Shown here in pieces: positions 24,958 through 37,800 of a stretch of 64,000 nucleotides of DNA. The notes beneath the pieces were generated by a model. It was not told the DNA's origin. It was given only the letters and a program-made list of their open reading frames with translations, and did no database searches. The stretch spans positions 43,958,001 to 44,022,000 of the forward strand of contig CM097888.1 of NCBI GenBank assembly GCA_044892525.1, in the 5' to 3' direction. Position 1 is the first letter of the stretch; every line of letters begins with the position of its first letter. Position numbers and translations under genes: made by a program. The stretch is from Schmidtea polychroa (lineage: Eukaryota).

Positions 24958-25860
24958 TATCACTATACACATCTATCGAACCAAAAGAGGCTTTTCAATG
25001 TTTAGAAAAGAAATTAAGAGAAAGCAACTTGTTAATAAAGGAAATAAATATCGAGAATATCACCAAACTACTTACTGTTATCCTCGAGAACACCTATTTT
25101 ACCTTTGAGCAAAATATCTATAAACAAGTTAAAGGTCTGTCTATGGGTTCTAGCATATCAGGACTGCTAGCAATCATCTTTATGGATAACCTCGAACGAC
25201 AGACACTGAGGACCATACAACCCATCGGTTTCTATGCATTACGACCAAAAGCAGAAAAGAAGCGGAGGAAATATTTCATACATTCAATGCGGCTCACCGA
25301 GATATTAAGTTCGAAATCGAATATTTAGAAGAAGATGGATCCATCAATTTATTGGATTTGAGAATTAAAATAGAAGCAAATACTCCAACATACGGGTTCT
25401 ACAGAAAACCAGCTCGCAAAGAAATATTTATGCACCAAAGATCAGCGCTTCCATACTTACAGAAAGTACATGTCATAAGAAACGAGAAACGAAAAATAGC
25501 CAATCGATAAACGGAAAAAAACGAAAACGTAACTGACAAGTAACTGACAAGCATAAATTAAAACAATAAAACTTTAATAAGACGATAATTACATTTTCAA
25601 ATTATTATTCAGGATTATTCATGTTGGAACTTGTGTTTAGAATATATGTAGTAAAGAATGAATAAAGAAAGATTTCAAAAGTAATTTTATAAGCAAATCT
25701 AATCAATTTTGTATCGGAAATACGCGAGATGAAGCTGTGAAATTTCACTTACATGGGAACATACTTATCGACTGGATAGTGCCATAAACTTCAAGAAAGA
25801 ATTGGGGCGATTCACCGACAGAACGGCAGGCATAAAACAGACTTCTTAATTAACAATAGC
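24958..25860 (+). mobile_element. Penelope-like retroelement, RT plus decayed downstream part
   Basis: SLYTSIEP...NTYFTFEQNIYKQVKGLSMGSSISGLLAIIFMD, then after a shift FEIEYLEEDGSINLLDLRIKI...GFYRKPARKEIFMH. The YVDD region is deleted. Extension beyond about 25510 is tentative. Confidence 0.85.
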
Positions 25861-27499
25861 TAATTAATCAGATAATAAGATGCACAAGTTACTACGACTT
25901 CTAAAATGAAAATTGTCGGTTTAAAATTATGGTTAATGAGAATATTGTAAAGTTATAAGAAACATAAATCTAAGAGAACAATGGAATAGAAACATATAGT
26001 ACGTTACTAAAATACTCCGCAATACTTTTAAAAGGAAAGAATAAAAAGATAGTATATACTCAAATTGAAAATTACCTTTTTATTTGAACGTTTCATTCAA
26101 TTTTATACTTTAGAAATACATTGAAAAATTAGAAATGTATTGACAGACTAAACAATGGAGTTAATGCAACTGTTATTATTTATATTATTAATTCAACTAT
26201 ACTTTATTCTTTAATAAAATTACAAGGTGAAAAATATAAAAATGAACCTGATTATTAAAACAAAAATTTATAAAATCAAAATTAAAACATTATTGTTGGA
26301 CTTTAAAAAATAAAAGTTAAAAATTTTCTTTAAATATAAATTTAATAATTTTATCTGAGAATATGTATGTAAATAAAATGCACAACAGATAAACAATTAC
26401 TAGTTATAAGACTGTCAAAGATACTATTGAAATAAAATTTCTTCGTCTCCAGGCATTCCATATCAAGCATGGTCTGGTAGTCGACATGGTTTCCTTTGAT
26501 GATTTTCTCAGTCCGTTTAACTAGGAAACTGAGGCTTTGAGCGATATTCTCATTAGCCAAACCTTTTAAGATGTTTTCAGCAAAATTTGATTGTGGCATT
26601 GTACAATAATTGTAAATATGATGTTTTATTTATACTAATACTGGTTATGAATCTGATTGGTTAATATAGTATAAATGTAAAACATAAGAGATTTGATTCG
26701 ATACAAAATAAACGCGTTATTGCTACTCAGTGCAATGTGTGTACAAATAATAATTTTAATAATAATAATAATAATATTATGAGTAAAACAATATTTTAGA
26801 TGTATTGAATTTATAATCTTGAATGTGTTGAATCTGAGCAATCGAACNNNNNNNNNNNNNNNNNNNNNNNNNNNNNNNNNNNNNNNNNNNNNNNNNNNNN
26901 NNNNNNNNNNNNNNNNNNNNNNNNNNNNNNNNNNNNNNNNNNNNNNNNNNNNNNNNNNNNNNNNNNNNNNNNNNNNNNNNNNNNNNNNNNNNNNNNNNNN
27001 NNNNNNNNNNNNNNNNNNNNNNNNNNNNNNNNNNNNNNNNNNNNNNNNNNNNNNNNNNNNNNNNNNNNNNNNNNNNCCTTTTCATAGATCTCTGAAAGAA
27101 CTTTCGAATGATACCCTTTGGTTGGCGGTTTGACCTTATATAACCTTTGGAAATTCAAATTTAAAAATATGATGAGTCATAAGAACCCTTCCCCTGGGGG
27201 TGATGAGTCATATATCTTTGTTCCCAGGTCCACATATTACCCTACAGTCTTAAGTACTAGTTATAAAAGTAATATCCGTCATTCTGATATAATATTCTTA
27301 ATACTTTACTAAATTGTTGTATATAATCTTTTTAAAGACGCACCAAGTCTATAAAATGGTTTGAATAAAAGCAAAACGTCAAACTATATTTTCATATTTC
27401 TACATAAAAACATACGGCTCTAAAATATTAATTTTCTTCTTATATGGTTACTAAAATGTTCGTTATGGAAAGTTTAGTTTTCCACTCACTTGCAAACTA

Positions 27500-28220
27500 C
27501 TAACAGTATATTGTTTTATAAATAGTCTGTTTTGATTCAAGGAGTTCATAATATGCAATTCTTTTCATATCTCATGGCGTGGAAAGCATAACCACTTTAT
27601 TTTGTGAACATTACTTTGAACGCGACCAATCTAATGTTTTCATTTTGCAAAATTATATTTCCCAATATTCTATAATATTATACAATGTATGGAAGCTATT
27701 TATTAAATATTTTGCATTTTCTCCATGGCTGACAATAACCTAACACCAGGTAATTAAAAAGCCGTCTGAAATATTTTTAAATCTTTGCAACATTATTATT
27801 ATTATTATAAGTTAAAACAAATTTCTGACACTTCTTTTATTAACCAATTTGTGTTTTAATCATCATTCCTTATTATTCCAAAATAGTTTGGTCCAGTGCA
27901 CATTAGGGAACACTGCCTTACAAAAACCAATATACCAAAAAGCATATAATTAAATTTAAGAAATATCCATTAAATATACTTCAAATCTGTCCCATTTCAA
28001 CTGAAAATTTAAAAAGCCTCAATGAATTTTCGAGAGAATTAATATTAATTTTCTGTCGATAGTTCACAGCTGTTGGTTGAATTTTCTTCCAACCATTCTT
28101 TTCAACAAAAGAAAATTTCTGAATCACTAGATGTGAAATGAGAACTAGACATATTTTGTAAGAAGTATGTTGGTCCTCAATTTTCCTTTACAGAATAAGT
28201 AATCTTTATCCATTTATTTC
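27500..28220 (-). mobile_element. Possible very old hAT (Ac-like) transposase remnant
   Basis: QKFSFVERMVGRKF resembles PFSIVExxGFRKF; other motifs are marginal. Confidence 0.25.
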
Positions 28221-29862
28221 GTACAGTTTTTTTTATTAGACATATAACCCAAAAATAAATATAAACATTTACAAAATCAAACTATTATCATTTTTTACTA
28301 TGATCATTTTTTTTCTCTCTGACTAAAACAAATTAATACGATATAATAAAACAAATAATTTTCTTTTCATTGTTGAAATTATATCATGGTTTTTGTCATA
28401 AATTTCTATGGTGTATTAAATTCTGGGCACGAAGAAAGAATTTTAATTGGTTCAAATTATTATTTTATCAAATAATTATTTTTTTTTATGAATATAAATG
28501 AGAACTTTTGAAAAATGTTATTTTGAGAAATTCATTACAATATAAATTACATGTAAATTATTTTTGAAATTTTAGAGTTCGTTAGAACATATATTTTTAT
28601 CAATTTCTTTCATGTAAATTATTAAACAATAAAATTTCAATAATATTATAAAATAAAATTTAGCCCACACAGTTGCTAAATCCCACAATTAATGTTACAT
28701 TTGATATTCTTTTTTTATAAGTTCCAAAATTTTATTAAAAGAAAATATACAAATTTAAATTATTTTAAAGTGATTTTGTCGTAATTAACAATATTTCTAA
28801 ATATAAACAAAAAATTCCCGGACAATTTTTATGAAGTATTAGTACAAAAACTTATTTACTAGATTGACAAAATTTATTTTTAATTATTAGTATATAATTC
28901 ATAAATTTTATTGATTAATTATTTTCCACTTAAAACATTTCATGTAAAGATAAATGAATTTTTATAACCGAAAATGTGAAGCAGATAAAAAATAAAATGA
29001 AATTCCCCAGTGAAGAATATATTTTCGATTTGTATGAAATATGTCAAAAAGTTTCTTTTATCGTGAAATTTTCTAGGATTTCTCTAATTGAACTAAATTA
29101 TTACTTAATGAGTGCAAATAATTTTTATCAGAGACTAATCAATATTTTTAGAAAACTTTACTCAAGTAAAAATTTTCATGTTAAAGGTGAAATGCAATTC
29201 ATGCATAAAACTGACTGAATTTTCTAGTATGCTAACAAAATTTCTTAAACTCATTTAATTAAGAAAAACTTATNNNNNNNNNNNNNNNNNNNNNNNNNNN
29301 NNNNNNNNNNNNNNNNNNNNNNNNNNNNNNNNNNNNNNNNNNNNNNNNNNNNNNNNNNNNNNNNNNNNNNNNNNNNNNNNNNNNNNNNNNNNNNNNNNNN
29401 NNNNNNNNNNNNNNNNNNNNNNNNNNNNNNNNNNNNNNNNNNNNNNNNNNNNNNNNNNNNNNATTAAACAAGTAAATGATAATATAAAATTTTGCTGCGA
29501 AGTATATATATTGAATAAAATAAAATAATATTTTGATTATAAAAATAATCCATATCAATCCTTTTCAACATGATAAGGATTATTTTACAATCCAAGATTA
29601 TTTCCTTTTATTCAATTTATACTTTGCAACAAAGGACATATATTCTCATTTAACTTTTTAACATTTAATTAATACAGCTATNNNNNNNNNNNNNNNNNNN
29701 NNNNNNNNNNNNNNNNNNNNNNNNNNNNNNNNNNNNNNNNNNNNNNNNNNNNNNNNNNNNNNNNNNNNNNNNNNNNNNNNNNNNNNNNNNNNNNNNNNNN
29801 NNNNNNNNNNNNNNNNNAAAGGACCTTTAACAAAATTATATAAAAATCATCTAACTACCCAC

Positions 29863-30737
29863 TGTATATGTACGCATTGGTATTGTTCCATCATTCATAG
29901 GGGGATTAAATGAAGCTCGATGAGAATTGGTAATATAAGGAGATTTGTTCCCAGAAGGGTATGCTAATAAAGATTCATCGGAATTTAAGCCAATCCAATC
30001 CGGAACAGGTTGTTCTTTAGTTAGAATAGAACTCGTCGGACTATGATATTTCGGAGGTTTTCGTCGAACACAAATTATTGCAACGATTAAAAACAAAGAT
30101 ATCACAGCGGTTACTGTGATCATGACAGCTATTATTGTCATGTTTAAATTGCCACTTTCATCACCGAAAATGTTAATAACTAGTTTATGATCGGAAGATT
30201 TAGGAGGTTGTCCATAGTCGCTAGCTCGAAATAAAAGAATGACAGTTCCCGAATGAAGCATTTGGGATATCCACAAAGCCCCAGTTGATGAATTTACTAT
30301 GAAATACTGACTGGATCCTTGATTAAATGAAGATGATCCTTCTTCTTTTCTGTATTGTTTGATAATTTCAAATCGGACTTTTCCATTTGCACCGACATCT
30401 CGATCTGTTGCTTGTAGTTGCAACAAATGATCTCCCGGTCTCATAGTGTCAGTAATGTTTAAAATATTATTATCAGGATGTGTCCAAGTTGGAGATTCAT
30501 CATTTTCATCCAAAACTCGCAATGTAATATTAACAGTTGATGTCAATGGAATTTGCGGAGATTTTGCTGAATCTGAAGCCATGATTTCTAGAATATATAA
30601 ATCGCAGATTTCTCGGTCAAGTTTCAATAAAGTCTCAATATGACCAGTTGGTAAGACATTGAAATAGTTATCATGTCGTTGCATTGTGTTACCGTCCCAT
30701 GAATTTCGAAGAGAAAATGATATTAATGCATTTTCGT
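29863..30737 (-). CDS. Protocadherin coding exon 3 (rest of EC6, EC7, transmembrane helix, proximal cytoplasmic tail)
   Basis: ttttcatttcag acceptor, phase 1: (D)ENALISFSL...LDRE...DENDESP...ATDRDVGANG...TM MTIIAVMITVTAVISLFLIVAIICV then RRKPPK. Probable donor ACA|gtgggt (phase 0); 875 nt. An unspliced form would stop at VGS* (29851). Confidence 0.92.
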
Positions 30738-32559
30738 CTGAAATGAAAAAAGAATTTTAATATAAAAATATTTACATATGGTTCAAAAGGTTTTTTTTAT
30801 AAATAATTTGGTATCAATATAATGGAAAAATATATATACGAAATAATATACAGGTGAAAAATGTAATATATTGAAATCTAGACTAGAATATTACCCCCCC
30901 CCCGCCCCTGCCTAGCTTAATTATGATGTTTGAGATCAACATAATTGAACTAAGAAATTTTATAAACTGTTGAATTTGATCTATCATTTGTAATTTTGAA
31001 ATATCTAATGTCTATTCCTCTTCCCAAACTTCAATTTTATGTTAATAGCTACAACTAGACAAACGTATTATCTAGAAATATTTCTTCAGAAAATATTTTG
31101 TCAGAAACTTTACATAGAAAATTTTAAGAAATATTTAGGCTTATTTTATTTATAATTTAAAAATTTTAAAAGACAAGATTTTTTAATAATAATCAATCAT
31201 ATAAATTGATGAATGTCTAAAAAATGTATATCAACGAAATCTATTAATGCAATATAATGAGTCTCATAAAATGAAAATTAAAAAAAACATTTATTTTTCA
31301 CAATCTTAATAAAATTTCATAAATATTTAAAATAAATTTGTTTGATTGTGAATTTATCTTTTCGTCTTGAATCTTTAAAAGAAAATAGAAAAAAGATTGG
31401 AAAAACAAATACATAAATAAAAAAAATATTTTATAGAGAAAACAATTGTTAATTGTTTTAATGGACTCATAAAAGATATTTGTACATCAAATTCTTATAT
31501 AAAAATTATTATTACATAAAATAACCATTTTTATTATAATTTTAAAAATTCAAAGATCGATTTTTTTATTATCAATTTCATTTTTCTTTGTTTCAAACTA
31601 TGAATCAATATTTTTTAATATATTATTAAAATAAATTAATTGTGATTTATGGCTTTAAACACAATAAGAAATTTATGATGTTAATAATTGTGTTAATTAT
31701 TATGCTAATTATCATTGATAATTAAATCAACTTTTTGTAATTATATATTTAAGGAAACTTTATATAAATATTATATTTAGTTAATTTTAATTTCATACAA
31801 TATATAATAATAATAATAATAAATAAATTAATAGAATATGTAAATTTAATAATGTATTAAAAAACAAAACTATAACATACAATTGAAACATTTCTTTCAG
31901 TACTTTAAATTAAGTAATATAGAATAGGATGTATAATTAGCTTAAGAAGTATTATTGATACAGATCACATGCATGCTTACTTCATTTCAATGCACACAAA
32001 AACATTCCTCATCAATTCACATTGAATTCATCCCGATCTGATTGGGTAATTGATTTTTTTTTAAATTATTATTATCTCACATTATAATAATAATGATGTT
32101 ATAATAACAATAATAATAATAAAATAAAATAATAATAATTATTATTATTTTTATTAATGAAATAAATACAATTTTTGTTATTTTTAAGATCCATTTTTTA
32201 CAATGATACCAAATAATTTTATTTATAGCGAGAATTATCAATTATGTTACCAAATTGCATGTCATAATTCAATAACGAAATTTGATATAAACTCAATCGC
32301 CATATTAGTGAAATTTAATCAAAATTTAAGAAATTGGATATAAAATAAAATAAATAATAAAAATAATAATAATAATTATTTCACTGAATTTGACTTAAAA
32401 AAATTAAATGCAATTAATAATCCTTCAAAATGAATTGCTTCCTTTGTATATAATTTCATATAATTTAACTTCATATTTAATTATATTTTAAATAACAAAG
32501 TACAGAGAGACATTGGGCAATTAACGGCAATTTTAATACAACAACAAATATGATAATCA

Positions 32560-33480
32560 ACTAATTTCTGAGTTCCGGAAGTATTCATCTGAACCATTAT
32601 AAATTATCAATCCGATTGCAGTTGGGCAAAATTATAATTTATATCGTGCCTTATCTAATTAATGGAGCCTTTTATCTTAATAGCGTATCTAATGTCTACT
32701 CTTCCATTTTTGAATGACATCAGTTCTTGATTGAGAAATGAGTTGCCGTTTCTATATAAAAATATCTTCGACGTAGCGATTCTTTCATTATGTATGTCTG
32801 GAAGGTAACAAACATTGGCACTTACAACCAATTTCTATTTTATAATTAATTAATTAACTAAATTATCATGTAACATTTTAATAAATATATATATTTTTGC
32901 AATTTTGATTTGTTGATTTCACTTTGACAAAACAAGAATACCAAAGCAATTGTTATAAAATATTATTCTGTAAAATTATTCCATTTCTTTCATCATTTTG
33001 TAATTAGAAACGAAATTCTTTTTGTAATTTTCTTACACCGAGATCATGAAATAAAGATACAGAAGGAAGACAGTCAGACAGAGGCGATTTGGTTTAAAAC
33101 CCATTAAACAAATGGATTTTTCTACTTTATCAGGCATTTGCATCAGTTAGTGACGAAGAACATGATAGTAAGATTTGAGGACTTATTAGGTTTATTGGAA
33201 GTAAGGTAAACAAAGGATTACGAGAAGTCAATATATCAATTAAAATCGAATGAAGATCAAATTATTGAAGTTGATTTTTGTATCAGAGGGCAAGGAATCA
33301 AACAGCCGCACCGGATAATAAAGTTTGCCGTGCCAATTCGGATGTGAAATTTGTGGCATATAACTATATATACAATTATACGTTGGAAGTGTTGTTTTAT
33401 TTTATAGAACACGAGGAGTCAGAGCCATCGAATAGTATTATCTATTTAATAATAACCCAACAAGTGGTGGCGTAAGGCCC
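32560..33480 (-). mobile_element. Highly decayed Penelope-like RT remnant
   Basis: RYVEDIFI at about 32755-32778 (cf. RYVDDIF), followed by MEE and PTAIGL (cf. FTMEEE, KPTxTGL). SLFTLLPI further upstream. Confidence 0.55.
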
Positions 33481-34454
33481 CCAGGAATACCAAAATGCTT
33501 GGAGGCTTTATAATGTCTCCAATAGGTTTCGAAGAAATTTTCATTTTTGTATATATCAAACAATTATATTCTGCTGTCCAAATATTATAATAATAACAAA
33601 GTGATTCACCAAAACTGTTATAACACATAATGTGATTATCATGCGTTGACATGAACAAGCTTGTTTTGCATTGATAAACACTTGTGGATAAATATACTTT
33701 GCAATAGTATTAATTTTGTTTCCTCTTTTCATATTACAGATAATTAGAAGCATTATTAATCATTTACTAATAACTTACTATTATCGGTATCATTTAATTA
33801 TCATTTTCTATTTATTATTCTTATTTTGGTTAATTTTTAATATTTTACATTTCCAATCCCTTAAAGCCTAAGAGACTGACTCTAACATAAACATAGACTT
33901 TTGTAAATTGACTTTGACATATTGAAAGTCCATGTAAAATTGTGCTGGAGGGACCAAGCTTATATCTAGTAAAACTATATTGTAATTAATAATATAACAT
34001 TTTCAACAATAGAAGTGCCGATAATTAAAAACTGGTTCTGTCATGTTAACAACAGAAACCCTATTATAAGTGTTTGAAGACATTGTATTATAATATTTAT
34101 TTAAGAAATTCTTAACTTGAACATGAAGTTGCAATACTTTTATAGTATTTCTAATTGCATAATCTAGAAAAGGGAGTATTATTAGTTTAAGTAATATTAT
34201 CGATACAGATCACATACATACTTACTTCACTTCATTGATTACAAACATTCACGTATTAGTCATCAGATATCGAGGTCATAATGACCTAGTTACATAATTA
34301 GTTTAATATAAATTATTATTGTATAAGAATGGAAACACGAACAAAATCCTCGATTAATGAAGTATTAAGATGTCTGTAAAATCATAAAATAATTTATTCA
34401 CTATTTTGTTTATTTATAATAATTCTAATTTCTATATAAAATATAATTAATAAC

Positions 34455-34677
34455 CTTGATCTGCATCTGTTGCATTTATTTGACCAAATAATCGACTGGG
34501 ACCGGTATTTTCAATAATTGAAAATTGAGGTAAATTTGTAGAAAACAACGGCGAATTATCATTTGCGTCGAGTACCGTAATCTTCACTTCGACGCTTGCA
34601 GTTTTTGGTTCGGTGTTACTATCCGTGACATGGACTGTAAATGAAATAGATGAAAGTTTCTCCCGGTCTATTAAGTT
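34455..34677 (-). CDS. Protocadherin coding exon 2 (end of EC5, start of EC6); absent from the ORF track
   Basis: Manual translation after tttattctag acceptor: NLIDREKLSSISFTVHVTDSNTEPKTASVEVKITVLDANDNSPLFSTNLPQFSIIENTGPSRLFGQINATDADQ+G|gttatt. 223 nt, phase 0 in and phase 1 out, matching both neighbours. Confidence 0.93.
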
Positions 34678-34746
34678 CTAGAATAAAGTTTTAATTGTTA
34701 AAATGCTTCATGAATAAATATAACAATTAAAATTTACTAAATGAAA

Positions 34747-34750
<4 letters not shown>

Positions 34751-34800
<50 letters not shown>
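34751..34800. repeat. (ATT)n microsatellite just upstream of the exon 2 acceptor
   Basis: About 16 uninterrupted units. Confidence 0.95.
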
Positions 34801-34801
<1 letters not shown>

Positions 34802-37800
34802 CTTCAATACACTTTTTATTTAAATTTTTAAACTAATTTGCATCACATTTTAATTTATTTATTTAATTAATCTACAATATAGGGACATTTAGGTTCAGTA
34901 GAGGAATTTGAGTTGATTATTCATTTGAAAGAATCTGAAGATGCATCATTAGTAGAATACAAATGAACAGCGAGTAAGATTAATCAGGATGTTCATTCAC
35001 TTCAACAAAATCATAAAATGTTGACAATTTCGAGACAAAATGAACATGTCGTTGAATTCATGGGAGAAATTTAAAAACCCATAAATTATAATTAAAGTTT
35101 TGTTACCTTTATTTATCATAAATGTCACACCAAAATATCATAGTCCTCGTGATTATATTTATTATTATCAGTAACATTTTTATTATAATTATCATTATCA
35201 TTATTATAATATTTATTACTATTATTAATAGGAAAAGAAGAAAGATATACAACTCGAAATATTATAACATCAGCTATATTTTGTTAACTTTCTTACCACA
35301 ATAAGGTATCATTGCAAACTTTGGTAGTATTTATATCTTTTTAAGTTGCTCATATATATTAAATGAAAATATTAAATTTATTTATATACATGTGATAAGA
35401 AAGGCACAACAATTGTGAAATTCAATGTAGGATTGGATTTCGGATTGGGTTGAGTTTTTACGTAGTAACAATAGGAGTCAAGTAAACTTGAAACTAGTCT
35501 GAATATTACTTTAAAATTTTATATAATTTTAAAATCAAAATATTTAATTTCCAATAAAATTGTTATTTACAAGAAACTATTAATATAATACGCAATGAAT
35601 ATTTTTCTATTATTATTATTATTATTATTATTTTCTTTATATTATTATTATACTTAATATTTAAAATTATTGTTTAAATAATATAAAGATATTTATAATG
35701 GAATTTTAATTATTTTAAAGAAAACTTAAATTTCTTGAAAGTATTAAAAATAATGAACATATTTTATATTATATTTAATAATCTCTAAATATTTAATAAA
35801 GAGAAATAAATAAGTTGTTTAAATTGTAATTATTATACACATTTTCTTAACGGATATAATTTATAATTAAAATGTTTTGTTATTTGATGACACTAAAATG
35901 ACAATTTTCTGTTATTCTTGAAAAGGGTTTTGTGATCTATTGTTATCTAATACCATATAAAATAATAATTAATTATCAATACCAAATACAAAAGATTATA
36001 AAACAATATTAAACAATCAGTATTTTAACTAAAATGTTCAGTAATTTATGTTTCAGTAAATAAGATAATTTTGTTTAGTAAAAAAGATTACAATGCAAAG
36101 GGTTAGTGTAATTTATTTAAAAATTAATGAGCATTTATTTAAATTACTGAACATTTTATCCATTTTACTAAGTATAAAAATAATGAACATTTTAATCCAA
36201 TTACTGGACGGTTTATTCAAAATACTGAACATTTAAATCGCATTTAGATATTATTTGAACATTTATAGATTTTTTACAAAAAATAATTTATTGCAGATAT
36301 TTACTAATAATGCCATCAGTGTTGTCTCGTCCGGCATAGTGAATAGTAATTATGATGTCGTTTTTATTTTTGAAATATATTTATTTACATATTTATCAAG
36401 TGTTATTCATGTTATTAAATAAGTTAAATGTTTAATAAAAATAAAAACTGATCAAAGGAGACAAAATTAATTAAGGATTTTAGTGATATTTTTAAAGATT
36501 ATTTCATTCTAATTTCAAAGATTCTACAAATCTCTACGAATCGATATTTACATATTAATTTCTCTAAAAAACTTTAATCAATTACAATTAAATGGAAGAT
36601 AGAAAATGAGGGGAAAAATAATAATTAAATAAATTTCAAATTCATTCTTAGATTTTCAGAGAATTGAGAAGGGAAATAAAATAATTGATATGCAATTGTT
36701 TGGTCAATACACCAAAATTATGCAAAATCGGCAGTTTCTAAAATAATTGATTTATTAAAACCTCCATAGGAAATCAATAAGTGTTTCTGCAATTTAATTA
36801 TAAATAAATCAATTTTACGGCGAGCGGATGACGAGTTATCTGTAAATCAATTCATATAAACAAACCAATGTAGTCATACGGAACCAGGGTTCATCAGCGA
36901 GTCGCAACTTTCACCGCCTATTGTCAATCAAATGAAAAAGAAAAACTTTCATAAATCCTTATCAGTTATTGGTTCTTGAATTTCAACGAAATGTCTATTA
37001 AGAAATAATTATTTTTTGAAACTTGCATCTAATTGAAATTTAAAAAAAAATATTATTGGATTATTTAAAGAAAATACAAAACATTAAAATTATAATCTAT
37101 ATTTAATTAATTGAAACAAATATTTGCAACAGATTTTATTATTGAAACTAACAAGGACAATTTATATATATATATATATATATACCTTTTATTTGTTTAA
37201 ATTTTATTATTGTTTTGTAATTTTCTTTCATTATTGGTATTTATATTAATGATTAAAACAATGAAATACATTTATTATTTCACTTAAATTGTTTTGATTT
37301 TTAAAAATAAGAATTTTATTAATTTATTTATAAAAGCTTTTGTCTAGAATTTCTTTTGATATATGAACTCTAACAAATTTAATGCGTCTTTTTAATTGTC
37401 TGGTAAAAATGGCAGAATCTGTAAATGGATTCAGAATATCCATCTAAAATTAAATATATATAAATATATATGTATACATTATCTGTTTATAATTATTATT
37501 ACAAGTAATTTATATTCACTTTACAAAACCTACACTTTGTCATAATAAACCACATTTCATTATGGCTCACGTCAGCGAACTTTCTAAGAGTGGATAGAAC
37601 TTAACATTTTACAAACATTTTATTTTCACTTTTTAATTTTTTTTATATTTCGGAAATTTGAATGACGAGTTTTTACAAACATTTATTATTCTCTTTAGTA
37701 GATACAAAATTTCATTTCTAAAATTAAGAGTTTCAATATTTAAAAATTTGTCGGAACATTTTGTCTTTAAAGTATACTTTAGATGCCTTGGCTATTATTT

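Noticed and set aside
35122-35304. 60-aa Ile-rich hydrophobic ORF
   Set aside because: Translation of degenerate (ATT/ATC)n microsatellite.
36885-36918. Hammerhead-like GAAA...CTGATGA on the minus strand
   Set aside because: Only 11 nt lie between the boxes, leaving no room for stem I, and stem II has only 3 bp.
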